Positions 45,832-54,437 of a stretch of DNA of 64,000 nucleotides are shown piece by piece. Numbering within the stretch: the stretch's first letter is position 1; each line of letters starts with the position of its first letter. The notes beneath the pieces are model-generated. The model had not been told where the DNA came from and did not search any database. It saw only the letters and a program-made list of their open reading frames with translations. The position numbers were made by a program, and so were the translations under genes. Source of the DNA: Verrucomicrobiota bacterium (lineage in GTDB: Bacteria; Verrucomicrobiota; Kiritimatiellia; RFP12; UBA1067); assembly GCA_050874585.1 (NCBI GenBank), contig JBNMKZ010000003.1, positions 12,474 to 76,473 on the forward strand. Direction: 5' to 3'.

Positions 45832-46857
45832 ATGATCATGACAAGCGAATACTGCGCGGTGGGGCATCCCGACCGCACATGCGACTACATTGCGAGCTTT
45901 TTGCTCGACAAGTACCTTGAACACGACCGCACGGCGCGGGTCGCGCTGGAGGTTCAGCTGAAGGACAACTTCTGCACGGTTGCGGGGGAGGTGTCCTCGA
46001 CCTGGCACTTCACGGAACGCGAGATCGCGGAACTCGTCCGCGAGGCGATCCGGAAGGTCGGCTACACCGACGAGTACCGCGACAAGTGGGGGCGTGAGAA
46101 CGCCATCAGCGGCAGCGACGTCGAGGTGACAATCCACATCTCGCAGCAGTCCGGCGACATCGCCCAGGGCGTGAACCGCGAGGGCTGGGGCGACCAGGGG
46201 ATCTTCTTCGGGATGGCGGTGAACGACCGCGCCCACGGCTACATGCCTCTCGACTACTGGCTGGCGCGTGAGGTCGCGAACGCCCTCGCGAAGAGCGGCT
46301 GGGGCGGCATCGACATCAAGACGCAGGTGACCGTCGAGGACGGCAGGCCGATTGAGTGCGTGGTCGCGATTCCGCTCGACCCGGCGACCGAGGACGAGAA
46401 GCGGCGGCTCATCGCCGACTACGTCAAGGCAACGGTCGGCGCGGACTGCGAGGTGATCGTGAACGGGACGGGGCGGTATATGACGCACGGTCCCATCGGT
46501 GACTGCGGCACGACGGGCCGCAAGCTCGTCGTGGACTTCTACGGCGGCAACTCCAAGATCGGCGGCGGCAGTCCGTGGGGCAAGGACCCCACCAAGGCGG
46601 ATGTTGCGCTCAATCGCCTCGCCCGGAAGCGGGCATTGGACTGGCTCCTGGAGCAGAACCTCTACGAGGTGCGCTGCGCGATCAGCTGCGCCATCGGGCG
46701 GTCGCAGATCCGCATCACGATGACGGACGGCAACGGGAACGTCCTCAAGAGCTGGACGGAGGAGTGCCCGACGAGCCATGTGATCGACGAGCTTCGCCTC
46801 GCCGAGCCGGACTACGCCGAGACCTGCCGCAACGGACTCTTCGGCAATGAGCGTTGA
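45832..46857 (+). CDS. metK: Divergent, short S-adenosylmethionine synthetase homologue (phage-encoded)
   Basis: 'GHPDRTCDYIAS' (compare GHPDKxCDQ), 'GDQGIFFGMA' (compare GDQGxMFGYA), 'GGGSPWGKDPTKADVA' (compare GGGAFSGKDxTKVDRS). 341 aa. Confidence 0.75.
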   Translation: MIMTSEYCAVGHPDRTCDYIASFLLDKYLEHDRTARVALEVQLKDNFCTVAGEVSSTWHFTEREIAELVREAIRKVGYTDEYRDKWGRENAISGSDVEVTIHISQQSGDIAQGVNREGWGDQGIFFGMAVNDRAHGYMPLDYWLAREVANALAKSGWGGIDIKTQVTVEDGRPIECVVAIPLDPATEDEKRRLIADYVKATVGADCEVIVNGTGRYMTHGPIGDCGTTGRKLVVDFYGGNSKIGGGSPWGKDPTKADVALNRLARKRALDWLLEQNLYEVRCAISCAIGRSQIRITMTDGNGNVLKSWTEECPTSHVIDELRLAEPDYAETCRNGLFGNER

Positions 46858-47080
46858 GTTCCAGGCGTTCCTCTGGGGACTGACCGCGCTCTCCCTCCTG
46901 GGGACGGCGCTGAACGTCAGGAAGCGGATCTCGTGCTTCTACATCTGGACGGCCGTGAACCTCGCGTGGGTGTTCGTCGACTGCAACCAGGGGCTGTGGG
47001 CGAGATCCGTCCTCGACGGCGTACACTTCGCCTTCGCGGTGTGGGGCATCTGGGACTGGACGAGGCGTCCACCCAGATGA
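46847..47080 (+). CDS. PnuC-like three-TM small membrane protein (single repeat unit)
   Basis: 'LLGTALNVRKRISCFYIWTAVNLAWVFV...GVHFAFAVWGIWDW' resembles one PnuC repeat. 77 aa. It overlaps the metK-like stop. Confidence 0.45.
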   Translation: MSVEFQAFLWGLTALSLLGTALNVRKRISCFYIWTAVNLAWVFVDCNQGLWARSVLDGVHFAFAVWGIWDWTRRPPR

Positions 47081-47096
47081 ACCCCGCATCGCGGAT

Positions 47097-47552
47097 TCAG
47101 GCGCGGCGGATCGCGAAGAGGCCGCGGGCGGTTTTCACGAAGCGGGAGGCCTCGCCCTTGGCCTTGATCTCGCGGAGGATCGCGGAGTAGAGCGTCTGCT
47201 CCGGGGTCTTGCCCGCACCCGGCTCCCAGAGCTTCTGCTCCTTGGCGGCGTCGATCATGCGCCGGACGGTCATCGGCTCGTCCGAGCGTTCGAGGACGGC
47301 GGCCGCCGCATTGACGAGACTGAGCTTGCGCTCCTCGGCGGGATCTGCGGGCTTGCGCTCCGGCGCGGCCTTCTTCTCGGCGGGGACTTCCGCCTGCGCC
47401 TCGGTGGTGATATTCTTCACTGTCATTTCCTTTCCCGACTCCGTCTTGACCTTCCAGCCGCCGTTCGGAGCCTTGCCGACGACCTTCACCTTGACCTCGT
47501 TGCGGCCGACCTTGACCGTTCCGCGAGTGCCGACTCTGATTTTTTCGTTCAT
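47097..47552 (-). CDS. HARE-HTH (winged-helix) domain protein
   Basis: C-terminus 'LSLVNAAAAVLERSDEPMTVRRMIDAAKEQKLWEPGAGKTPEQTLYSAILREIKAKGEASRFVKTARGLFAI'. Start at MNEKIRVG. Confidence 0.55.
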   Translation of the reverse strand: MNEKIRVGTRGTVKVGRNEVKVKVVGKAPNGGWKVKTESGKEMTVKNITTEAQAEVPAEKKAAPERKPADPAEERKLSLVNAAAAVLERSDEPMTVRRMIDAAKEQKLWEPGAGKTPEQTLYSAILREIKAKGEASRFVKTARGLFAIRRA

Positions 47553-47672
47553 TTCGTTCTTTCCTTTCGCTTGATCCCCAGCGGGGCGTTGACGGGACAC
47601 ATGATGCCGTAATCGTCCGCAAATAGCCAGTGCGAATGTGAAGAAATCTCAACAACCCAAAAAGGAGGCCGT

Positions 47673-47861
47673 ATGGCTAACATTGCTTCGGTTCGGAAGG
47701 ACGGCATGGTGCGCGTCCTCGCCGGGAGCGGGTCGCGGACGTTCTCCGAGGAATCCCTCGAGGCGGACATCGCGGCGGGCGCACCCGTCAACGAGGACGG
47801 GACGATCAACCTCATCGCCTACGTGGCGTGGATACTGAAAGGGAACCTGAATGGCGATTAA
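47673..47861 (+). CDS. Small protein upstream of terminase (possible small-terminase or DNA-recognition role)
   Basis: Strong RBS 'aaaggagg'. 62 aa. It overlaps the TerL start by 11 nt. The function is inferred from position only. Confidence 0.45.
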   Translation: MANIASVRKDGMVRVLAGSGSRTFSEESLEADIAAGAPVNEDGTINLIAYVAWILKGNLNGD

Positions 47862-50133
47862 CCCCTCCAAGCTCAAGCCCGCCGAGCTGGTGAAGCTCGT
47901 CAACTCCACCGACTTCGGAACCGTCGCCTCCCCGGCGCAGGTGTACAGGCACTTCGAGCGGGCGGGCTACCGCATCGCCAGTGTCGATGACCCGAGGTGC
48001 ATCAACTTCTTCCGCTATGCGGCGTGGCTCGTCGACATGAAGAACGCCGCAGCCGAGGAGGAGCGGCAGCAGGGCGACTACGCATCCTTCCGCGCCGAGA
48101 TGGCGAGGAAATCCCTTGAGAAGTCGCTCGAAGGGCGAGACATCGGCGACCTCCCGCCCGTGGACGATCCCGAGCGGAAGGAGAAGTGCCGCCTCGACTT
48201 CAAGCTCTTCTGCGAGACGTACTTCCCGGAAGTGTACCAGCTCAAGTGGTCGGACGACCATCTGCGGGCGATTGCGAAAATCCAGAAGTCCGTCCTCGAG
48301 GGCGGACTCTTTGCCTTGGCGATGTCTCGTGGTTCGGGCAAGTCTTCGCTCACGGAGACCGCCGCCATCTGGGCGATGCTCTACGGTCACCGAGAGTTCG
48401 TGGTTCTCGTGGGTGCGTCAGAATCGGCCGCCCTCGAAATGCTCGACTCGATCAAGACTGAGTTCGAGGTGAACGAACACATCGCCGCCGACTTCCCGGA
48501 GGTAGCCTACCCGATCCAGAAGCTGCAGGGTATCGCGAACCGGTGCGCCGGTCAGCTCTACCACGGGGAGCGGACGCGCATCACGTGGACGGCGAATGAG
48601 ATCGTCCTCCCGACCATCGCTGGCGCGGCGTCCTCGGGCGTGATCGTCCGGGTGGCGGGCATCACGGGCCGAATTCGCGGCATGAAGTACAAGAAGCCGG
48701 ACGGGCGCACGATCCGCCCGGAGTTCGTCGTGATCGACGATCCGCAGACCTCCGAGTCGGCGGGGTCCATCGAGCAGACGAGGAAGCGCGTCCGTGTGCT
48801 TGCCGGGGACATCTTGGGCCTCGCCGGTCCCGGAAAGAAGATCTCGGGCATCATGCCCTGCACCGTGATCCGCCCCGGCGACATGGCCGAGCAGATCCTC
48901 GACAAGCTCAAGCACCCGGAATGGAACGGGGAGCGGTGCAAGATGATGTACCAGTTCCCGAAGAACGAGGAGCTGTGGAACCGCTACGCCGACCTCCGGG
49001 CGGACGAGCTTCGCGAGAAGGGGACGTTCGAGGAGGCGACGGAGTTCTACCGCCAGCACCGCGAGGAGATGGACGAGGGCGCGGTCGTGTCGTGGCCTGA
49101 CCGCCACAACTACGACGAGATCAGCGCGATCCAGCATGCGATGAACTTGAAGTTCACGGACGAGGCGGCATTCTGGGCGGAGTACCAGAACGAGCCGCTC
49201 CCGGAGGACTTGGGTTCGGACGAACAGCTCACGGTCGACGGGATCGTGAACAAGCTGAACGGACACTCGCAGAAAACGGTCCCCGTCTCGGCGAACCACC
49301 TCACGATGTTCATCGACGTGCAGAAGACTCTGCTCTTCTACGTCGTGTGCGCGTGGGACGACGACTTCACCGGCTCGGTGATCGACTACGGGACGTGGCC
49401 CGACCAGCGGCGGCGGTACTTCTCTCTCGCGGACGCGAACCCCACCCTTCAGTCGAAGTTCCCGAGGGCGGGCTTGGAGGGCTGCATCTACGGCGGCCTC
49501 AAGTCGCTCACGGAGGACTACCTTTCCCGCGAGTTCACGCGGGACGACGGGGCGGCGATGAAGGTCGAGAAGTGCCTCATAGACGCGAACTGGGGTCAGT
49601 CGACCGACGTCGTGTACCAGTTCTGCCGCGAGTCCGCACACGCGAACGTGATCGTGCCGAGCCACGGCAAGTACATCGGAGCAAGCTCGAAGCCCATGTC
49701 CGAGTACAAGAAGGCGGCGGGCGACCGGGTGGGCCTCAACTGGCGGATGCCGAACATCCGTGGAAAGCGGGCGGTCCGGCACGTCATCTTCGACGCGAAC
49801 TACTGGAAGTCGTTTGTCGCCAGCCGCCTCCTGATGGCGGTCGGCGACCGTGGCTGCCTCTCCCTCTGGGGGCGGAGCGGCGAAACGCACATGCTCTTCG
49901 CCGAGCATCTGACCGCCGAGTACCGGGTGAAGACCGAGGGTCGCGGACGGAAGGTGGAGGAGTGGAAGATGCGCCCGGAGGCGAAGGACAACCACTGGTG
50001 GGACGGCGCGGTCGGATGCGCGGTCGCGGCATCGATGGTCGGGTGTGTGCTCGCGGGCACGGATGCACACGCCAGAGAGAAGCCGAAGGTCAAGGTGAAA
50101 CTCTCCGACCTTCGGAAGGCGCGGAACAGGTAA
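47851..50133 (+). CDS. terL: Terminase large subunit with an N-terminal DNA-binding-like extension
   Basis: Walker A-like 'MSRGSGKSS', 'EFVVIDDPQTSES', and C-terminal nuclease-like region. 760 aa. Positioned before the gpW-like and portal genes. Confidence 0.8.
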   Translation: MAINPSKLKPAELVKLVNSTDFGTVASPAQVYRHFERAGYRIASVDDPRCINFFRYAAWLVDMKNAAAEEERQQGDYASFRAEMARKSLEKSLEGRDIGDLPPVDDPERKEKCRLDFKLFCETYFPEVYQLKWSDDHLRAIAKIQKSVLEGGLFALAMSRGSGKSSLTETAAIWAMLYGHREFVVLVGASESAALEMLDSIKTEFEVNEHIAADFPEVAYPIQKLQGIANRCAGQLYHGERTRITWTANEIVLPTIAGAASSGVIVRVAGITGRIRGMKYKKPDGRTIRPEFVVIDDPQTSESAGSIEQTRKRVRVLAGDILGLAGPGKKISGIMPCTVIRPGDMAEQILDKLKHPEWNGERCKMMYQFPKNEELWNRYADLRADELREKGTFEEATEFYRQHREEMDEGAVVSWPDRHNYDEISAIQHAMNLKFTDEAAFWAEYQNEPLPEDLGSDEQLTVDGIVNKLNGHSQKTVPVSANHLTMFIDVQKTLLFYVVCAWDDDFTGSVIDYGTWPDQRRRYFSLADANPTLQSKFPRAGLEGCIYGGLKSLTEDYLSREFTRDDGAAMKVEKCLIDANWGQSTDVVYQFCRESAHANVIVPSHGKYIGASSKPMSEYKKAAGDRVGLNWRMPNIRGKRAVRHVIFDANYWKSFVASRLLMAVGDRGCLSLWGRSGETHMLFAEHLTAEYRVKTEGRGRKVEEWKMRPEAKDNHWWDGAVGCAVAASMVGCVLAGTDAHAREKPKVKVKLSDLRKARNR

Positions 50134-50154
50134 AGGAAAAAAGTTCGTTTTTTT

Positions 50155-50374
50155 CGGGACTGGAGAGGGTCGGGCCTCGAAAAACGTGAGTGCGGAAAGG
50201 ATCGTGTGCGGTTCGCAATCCGGCTTTCGGAAAAATCTTCGGATTTTTCGGGACTGGAATACCCCGGGCCTCGAAAAACGTGCCTGCGGAAAGGATCGCA
50301 TCGGTCGCCGCGAGATCTTCGCGTGAATCTTCGGATTCGCCGGGACTCGGCGGCGTCGGGCCTCGTAAAACGTG
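50155..50374 (+). promoter_or_regulatory. Copies 4-6 of the bipartite motif as a tandem array (period 92-94 nt) upstream of the C5-methylase/head operon
   Basis: CGGGACT at 50155, 50249 and 50341. Each is followed after exactly 13 nt by CCTCG(A/T)AAAACGTG at 50175, 50269 and 50361. Confidence 0.6.
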
Positions 50375-50651
50375 GCTGCGGGCTGAGTACGTTCCCGTCG
50401 GAGGCGGTATCCGAAGGCGGGAAGACCGGGTTCTTGTTGTTTCCTTTCCCGGTCCGGGGCGTGGCCGCGCCCTCAAGCGGGGGGTTGTTGTCCCGCGCGG
50501 CCTTTAAGCATCTTTCGGGATGCGCGGCCGCCGTCGAGCCGTTCCTGGACGGCTGGCGGACGCGGGGGCGGCACGAGCCCTCACAAACGGCGGACGCGCC
50601 GCACGTGCAGGCCTTGTCAAAGTGCGCCGACGGGCGTGGAACGGAGTCGAA

Positions 50652-52847
50652 ATGAGGTATGGAAGCGTGTGCAGCGGCATCGAGGCCGCATCCGTAGCCT
50701 GGAAGCCCCTCGGCTGGAAGTGCGCATTCGTCTCGGAGATCGAGAAGTTTCCGGCGGCGGTACTCGCCGAGCGCTTCCCCGAGGTTCCGAACCTCGGCGA
50801 CTTCACGAAGATCGAGAGGGGGAACTACGAGGGCGATATCGACCTTCTCGTCGGAGGCACACCATGTCAGGCGTTTTCAATCGCCGGTTTGAGGAAAGGA
50901 CTTAACGATGAAAGAGGCAATCTTGCGCTTGAGTTTGCAAGGCTGGCTTTTCGCACACATGCCCGATGGGTGGTCTGGGAAAATGTCCCCGGCGTACTAT
51001 CAAGTGGGCAAGGAGGCGATTTTGCCGCCTTCCTATCGCTCCTCGTCGGATGGGAGGTCAAAGTCCCCGACGGGAAGTGGAGAAAGGCCGGACTCGTCAC
51101 CGGAGCCCCCGGATGCTTCAGCGTGGGTTGGCGAGTGCTTGACGCTCAATATACCCGAGTTCAACAATTTCCAAGGGCGATCCCGCAGCGAAGGCGTCGT
51201 GTCATCCTTGTCGGAAGTCTTGGTTCGTGGGAGGATTGCGCCAAGGTACTTTTTGACGGTGAAATGTGCGGCGGGGATGCTCCGCCGCGTCGCGAAGCGC
51301 GGCAAGCAGCTCCCGGCGATGCTGGAGCGGGCCCTGCGGGCACTGGTTGGGACTTCAGCTGGTGGGACGGAGGGCAACGCGCCAGCACCCTGACGACGCG
51401 CTCGATCGGGCAGATGATGCCCGACAAGGACCAGCTTCCGTGCGTCATCGACACGAGGTGGCACAACTACGCGACCGATGGCTCGTGTCCGGCACTTCTC
51501 GCGACCGACTACAAGGAGCCGAAGGCGGTGGTCGACCCGTGTCCGACCTTGGACGCATCCTATCCGGGCAAGCAGAACAACCAAGACATCACGAAACTGG
51601 TGTGCTACGAGAACCACGGACAGGACTCGCGCATCCGCGAGACCGGCGAGGTCGCGCCCTCGATCCCCGCGCAGGCGGGAACTGGCGGCAACAACCTCCC
51701 GCTCGTCCAGAAGGTCTTTGCAATCGACTCGATGGCCTCGAACGCCATGAAGTCGAAGAATCCGCACAGCGGAAGCCGCGAGATCGACGTCGCCACGACC
51801 CTCGACACGACGAACCCCACGCCCTCCAAGAACCAGGGCGGCATGGCAATCGTCGAGGAGGCGGTCGCCATCGCCGAGAACGTGATTGGCCGCAAGGTCG
51901 AGAACGGCGGCAACGGCATCGGGGCGAAGGAGGGCGTGTGCTACACGCTCGATACGGTCGGAGTCCACGGAGTCTGCTACCCGATCGACATGATGAACGT
52001 CGACGGCAGGGGTGACAACTTCAAGGCGAAGTGCTACGGCAAGCCCGGTTCGGCAGCCTACGCATTGACGCGCCGTCGTCCGTCGGGCGTGTGCCTCCCC
52101 GGGGTGGTGCGCCGCCTCGTGCCGGTCGAGGCCGAGCGGCTCATGGGCTTTCCGAGGATTGTCACGGGCGATGTGTCGGTGATGACCAAGGACGAGTATA
52201 TCGTCTGGCTTCTGGCGACGCATCGGATCGAGGTCAACTGCGAGGCGGGTGAGGTGTTCTCGATGCGGACGGGAGGCGGCAATCCCTGCCTTCCGCGTCG
52301 GCTGAACGGAACGGTGCTGAACGGGTATCGCGTCGTGTCCCTTCGAGAGGGCGACGTGAAGAAGCAATGCCGCGTCCATAGGATCGTCTGGATCGCGAAG
52401 CACGGGCTTGTCCCGGACGGGTATGTCGTTGACCACATCAACAACGACAAGCTCGACAATCGGATCGAGAACCTTCAACTGCTGACCCAGGCGGACAATT
52501 CGACGAAGGCGGCGGCGGACGGCCTCTACAGAACGGGAGATGACAACCCGTCGACCAAGCTGACGGACAAGGAGGTCGAATGGATATTTGACGATTACTG
52601 GTCCGGCATGGGGTCGATCCGCGAGTTGGCGGAGAGGGCGGGCATCTCAAAGTCACGGGTTCAGCAGATCATCCACATGGAGGATTGGACGCAGATTCCT
52701 TGGCGCGGCAAGCCCGCCGAGGAATGCCCGGACGGCCCCCGCTACAAGGCGCTGGGGAACTCGATGTGTACGAACGTGATGGCGTGGATCGGAGAAAGGA
52801 TCGATGCAGTCGAGAAGGAGAACGCGAATGGACGACAAGAAGCTTGA
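50652..52847 (+). CDS. DNA (cytosine-5)-methyltransferase with an in-frame HNH endonuclease/HTH insertion before motif X
   Basis: Motif I 'YGSVCSGIE', IV 'GGTPCQAFSIAG', VI 'ENVPGVLS', VIII 'QRRRRVILVG', IX 'RRLVPVEAERLMGFP', then ~190 aa including HNH 'VHRIVWIAKHG...VDHINNDKLDNRIENLQLL', then X 'YKALGNSMCTNV'. Start at 50652 after 'acggag'. Confidence 0.8.
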   Translation: MRYGSVCSGIEAASVAWKPLGWKCAFVSEIEKFPAAVLAERFPEVPNLGDFTKIERGNYEGDIDLLVGGTPCQAFSIAGLRKGLNDERGNLALEFARLAFRTHARWVVWENVPGVLSSGQGGDFAAFLSLLVGWEVKVPDGKWRKAGLVTGAPGCFSVGWRVLDAQYTRVQQFPRAIPQRRRRVILVGSLGSWEDCAKVLFDGEMCGGDAPPRREARQAAPGDAGAGPAGTGWDFSWWDGGQRASTLTTRSIGQMMPDKDQLPCVIDTRWHNYATDGSCPALLATDYKEPKAVVDPCPTLDASYPGKQNNQDITKLVCYENHGQDSRIRETGEVAPSIPAQAGTGGNNLPLVQKVFAIDSMASNAMKSKNPHSGSREIDVATTLDTTNPTPSKNQGGMAIVEEAVAIAENVIGRKVENGGNGIGAKEGVCYTLDTVGVHGVCYPIDMMNVDGRGDNFKAKCYGKPGSAAYALTRRRPSGVCLPGVVRRLVPVEAERLMGFPRIVTGDVSVMTKDEYIVWLLATHRIEVNCEAGEVFSMRTGGGNPCLPRRLNGTVLNGYRVVSLREGDVKKQCRVHRIVWIAKHGLVPDGYVVDHINNDKLDNRIENLQLLTQADNSTKAAADGLYRTGDDNPSTKLTDKEVEWIFDDYWSGMGSIRELAERAGISKSRVQQIIHMEDWTQIPWRGKPAEECPDGPRYKALGNSMCTNVMAWIGERIDAVEKENANGRQEA

Positions 52848-53031
52848 GGAGCTGACCGAGCAGATGCTCGCCCAGCCCAAGGTCGTTGAAGTGGACGGCC
52901 AGCGCGTCGAGAACCAGTCGGTCGGCGACCTTCTCAAGGTGGCGAGCTACTTCGCCTCGAAGCGGGCGACGCAGGGACGGCGATGCCCCCTGCGCGTCAC
53001 GAAGATGGCGTCGGGAGGTGCGGTGCTATGA
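52828..53031 (+). CDS. gpW-like head-tail joining protein
   Basis: 67 aa. 'aaggag' lies 7 nt upstream. 'VVEVDGQRVENQSVGDLLKVASYF' resembles lambda gpW. Located between the terminase and portal genes. Confidence 0.55.
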   Translation: MDDKKLEELTEQMLAQPKVVEVDGQRVENQSVGDLLKVASYFASKRATQGRRCPLRVTKMASGGAVL

Positions 53032-54437
53032 TATGGTTCGGAAAGAAGAATTCCGCGCCAGTCAAGGCGAGGTTCTCGCTCCCCCGGTGGATCAAGGCCC
53101 GCTTCGATGCGGCGCAGACCACGAAGGACAACGCGAGGCACTGGGCCGCAGCCGAGTTCCTCTCGGCTGATGCGGAGGCCGATCCGCAGGCGCGGAAGAT
53201 CCTCCGCACCCGCGCCCGGTACGAGGTGCAGAACAACTCGTATGCGCGCGGCATCGTCTCGACGATTGCGAATGACACCGTGGGAACGGGGCCGCGCCTC
53301 CAGATGCTCCTCGAATGCGAGGACGCGAACCGCCGGATCGAACACGACTTTGCCGTCTGGGCGAAGCGTGTGCATCTTCCGGCGAAGCTGCGCACGATCC
53401 GCATGGCCCGCTGTCAGGACGGCGAGGCCTTCGTGATCATGGCGCAGAACCCGAATTTGAAGTCGAACGTGAAGCTGGACCTTCAGCTGATCGAAGCAGA
53501 CCGGGTTACGGATGACGAGCTGAACGCTGACGCGACCTCAGTTGACGGCATCACGTTCGATCCCTTTGGAAACCCGAAGTCGTACAAGGTGCTGAAGAAC
53601 CATCCCGGCGGGACGGCGAGCTTCGACCTCGACTTCAAGCTCGTGAAGGCGGAGGACATGATCCACGTCTTCCGGCAGGACAGGCCCGAGCAGCACCGGG
53701 GAATCCCGGAGATCACGGCGGCTCTTCCGCTCTTCGCGCACCTGCGGAGGTTCACCCTCGCGGTGGTGAGCGCGGCGGAGGCCGCCGCCGACTTCGCGGG
53801 CGTGTTGTACACCGACGCTCCCGCGAACGGCGAGGCGGATGCGGTCGAGGCGATGGACACGATCCAGCTCGAGCGCAACATGCTCCTCACGATGCCGGGC
53901 GGCTGGAAGATGTCGCAGGTGGACCCGAAGCAGCCGGTCACGACCTACGGGGAGTTCAAGCACGAGGTGCTGAACGAGATCGCACGGTGCCTGAACATCC
54001 CGTACAACATCGCGGCCTGCAACAGCTCCGGCTACAACTACGCCTCCGGGCGTCTCGACCACCAGACGTACTACAAGTCGCTGAAGGTCGACCAGGCGTT
54101 CGTCGAGGAAACGGTGCTTGACCGCATCCTCGAAAGGTGGCTGCGGGAATGGGCGCTCGTCAACCGCGAGAAGGTGGACGAGTGCGACTGCAACCACGTG
54201 TGGTTCTGGGACGGCCACGAGCACGTCGATCCCTCGAAGGAGGCGACGGCGCAGGAGAAGCGTCTCGCGAACAACACGACAACCCTCGCGGCGGAGTACG
54301 CCAGGCAGGGGAAGGACTGGGAGACGGAGCTTCGCCAGCGGGCGAAGGAGAAGAAGCTCATGGACGAACTCGGGCTTTCGGTGCCAGACGCCGCGCCCGT
54401 ACAGAACGGAAAGGAAGACGATGAAGACAACGAGTGA
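53028..54437 (+). CDS. Portal protein (lambda gpB family)
   Basis: 'RFDAAQTTKDNARHWAAAEFLSADAEADPQARKILRTRARYEVQNNSYARGIVSTIANDTVGTGPRLQ'. ATGA overlap with the gpW-like stop. Confidence 0.85.
   Translation: MIWFGKKNSAPVKARFSLPRWIKARFDAAQTTKDNARHWAAAEFLSADAEADPQARKILRTRARYEVQNNSYARGIVSTIANDTVGTGPRLQMLLECEDANRRIEHDFAVWAKRVHLPAKLRTIRMARCQDGEAFVIMAQNPNLKSNVKLDLQLIEADRVTDDELNADATSVDGITFDPFGNPKSYKVLKNHPGGTASFDLDFKLVKAEDMIHVFRQDRPEQHRGIPEITAALPLFAHLRRFTLAVVSAAEAAADFAGVLYTDAPANGEADAVEAMDTIQLERNMLLTMPGGWKMSQVDPKQPVTTYGEFKHEVLNEIARCLNIPYNIAACNSSGYNYASGRLDHQTYYKSLKVDQAFVEETVLDRILERWLREWALVNREKVDECDCNHVWFWDGHEHVDPSKEATAQEKRLANNTTTLAAEYARQGKDWETELRQRAKEKKLMDELGLSVPDAAPVQNGKEDDEDNE

Noticed and set aside
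50137-50400. The tandem ~93-nt repeats, and the TMP repeats, considered as a possible CRISPR array.
   Set aside because: There are only three units, and the 'spacers' are short and partly conserved. The conserved part is the same bipartite motif found singly at four other loci. No cas genes are present. The TMP repeats are in-frame coding sequence.
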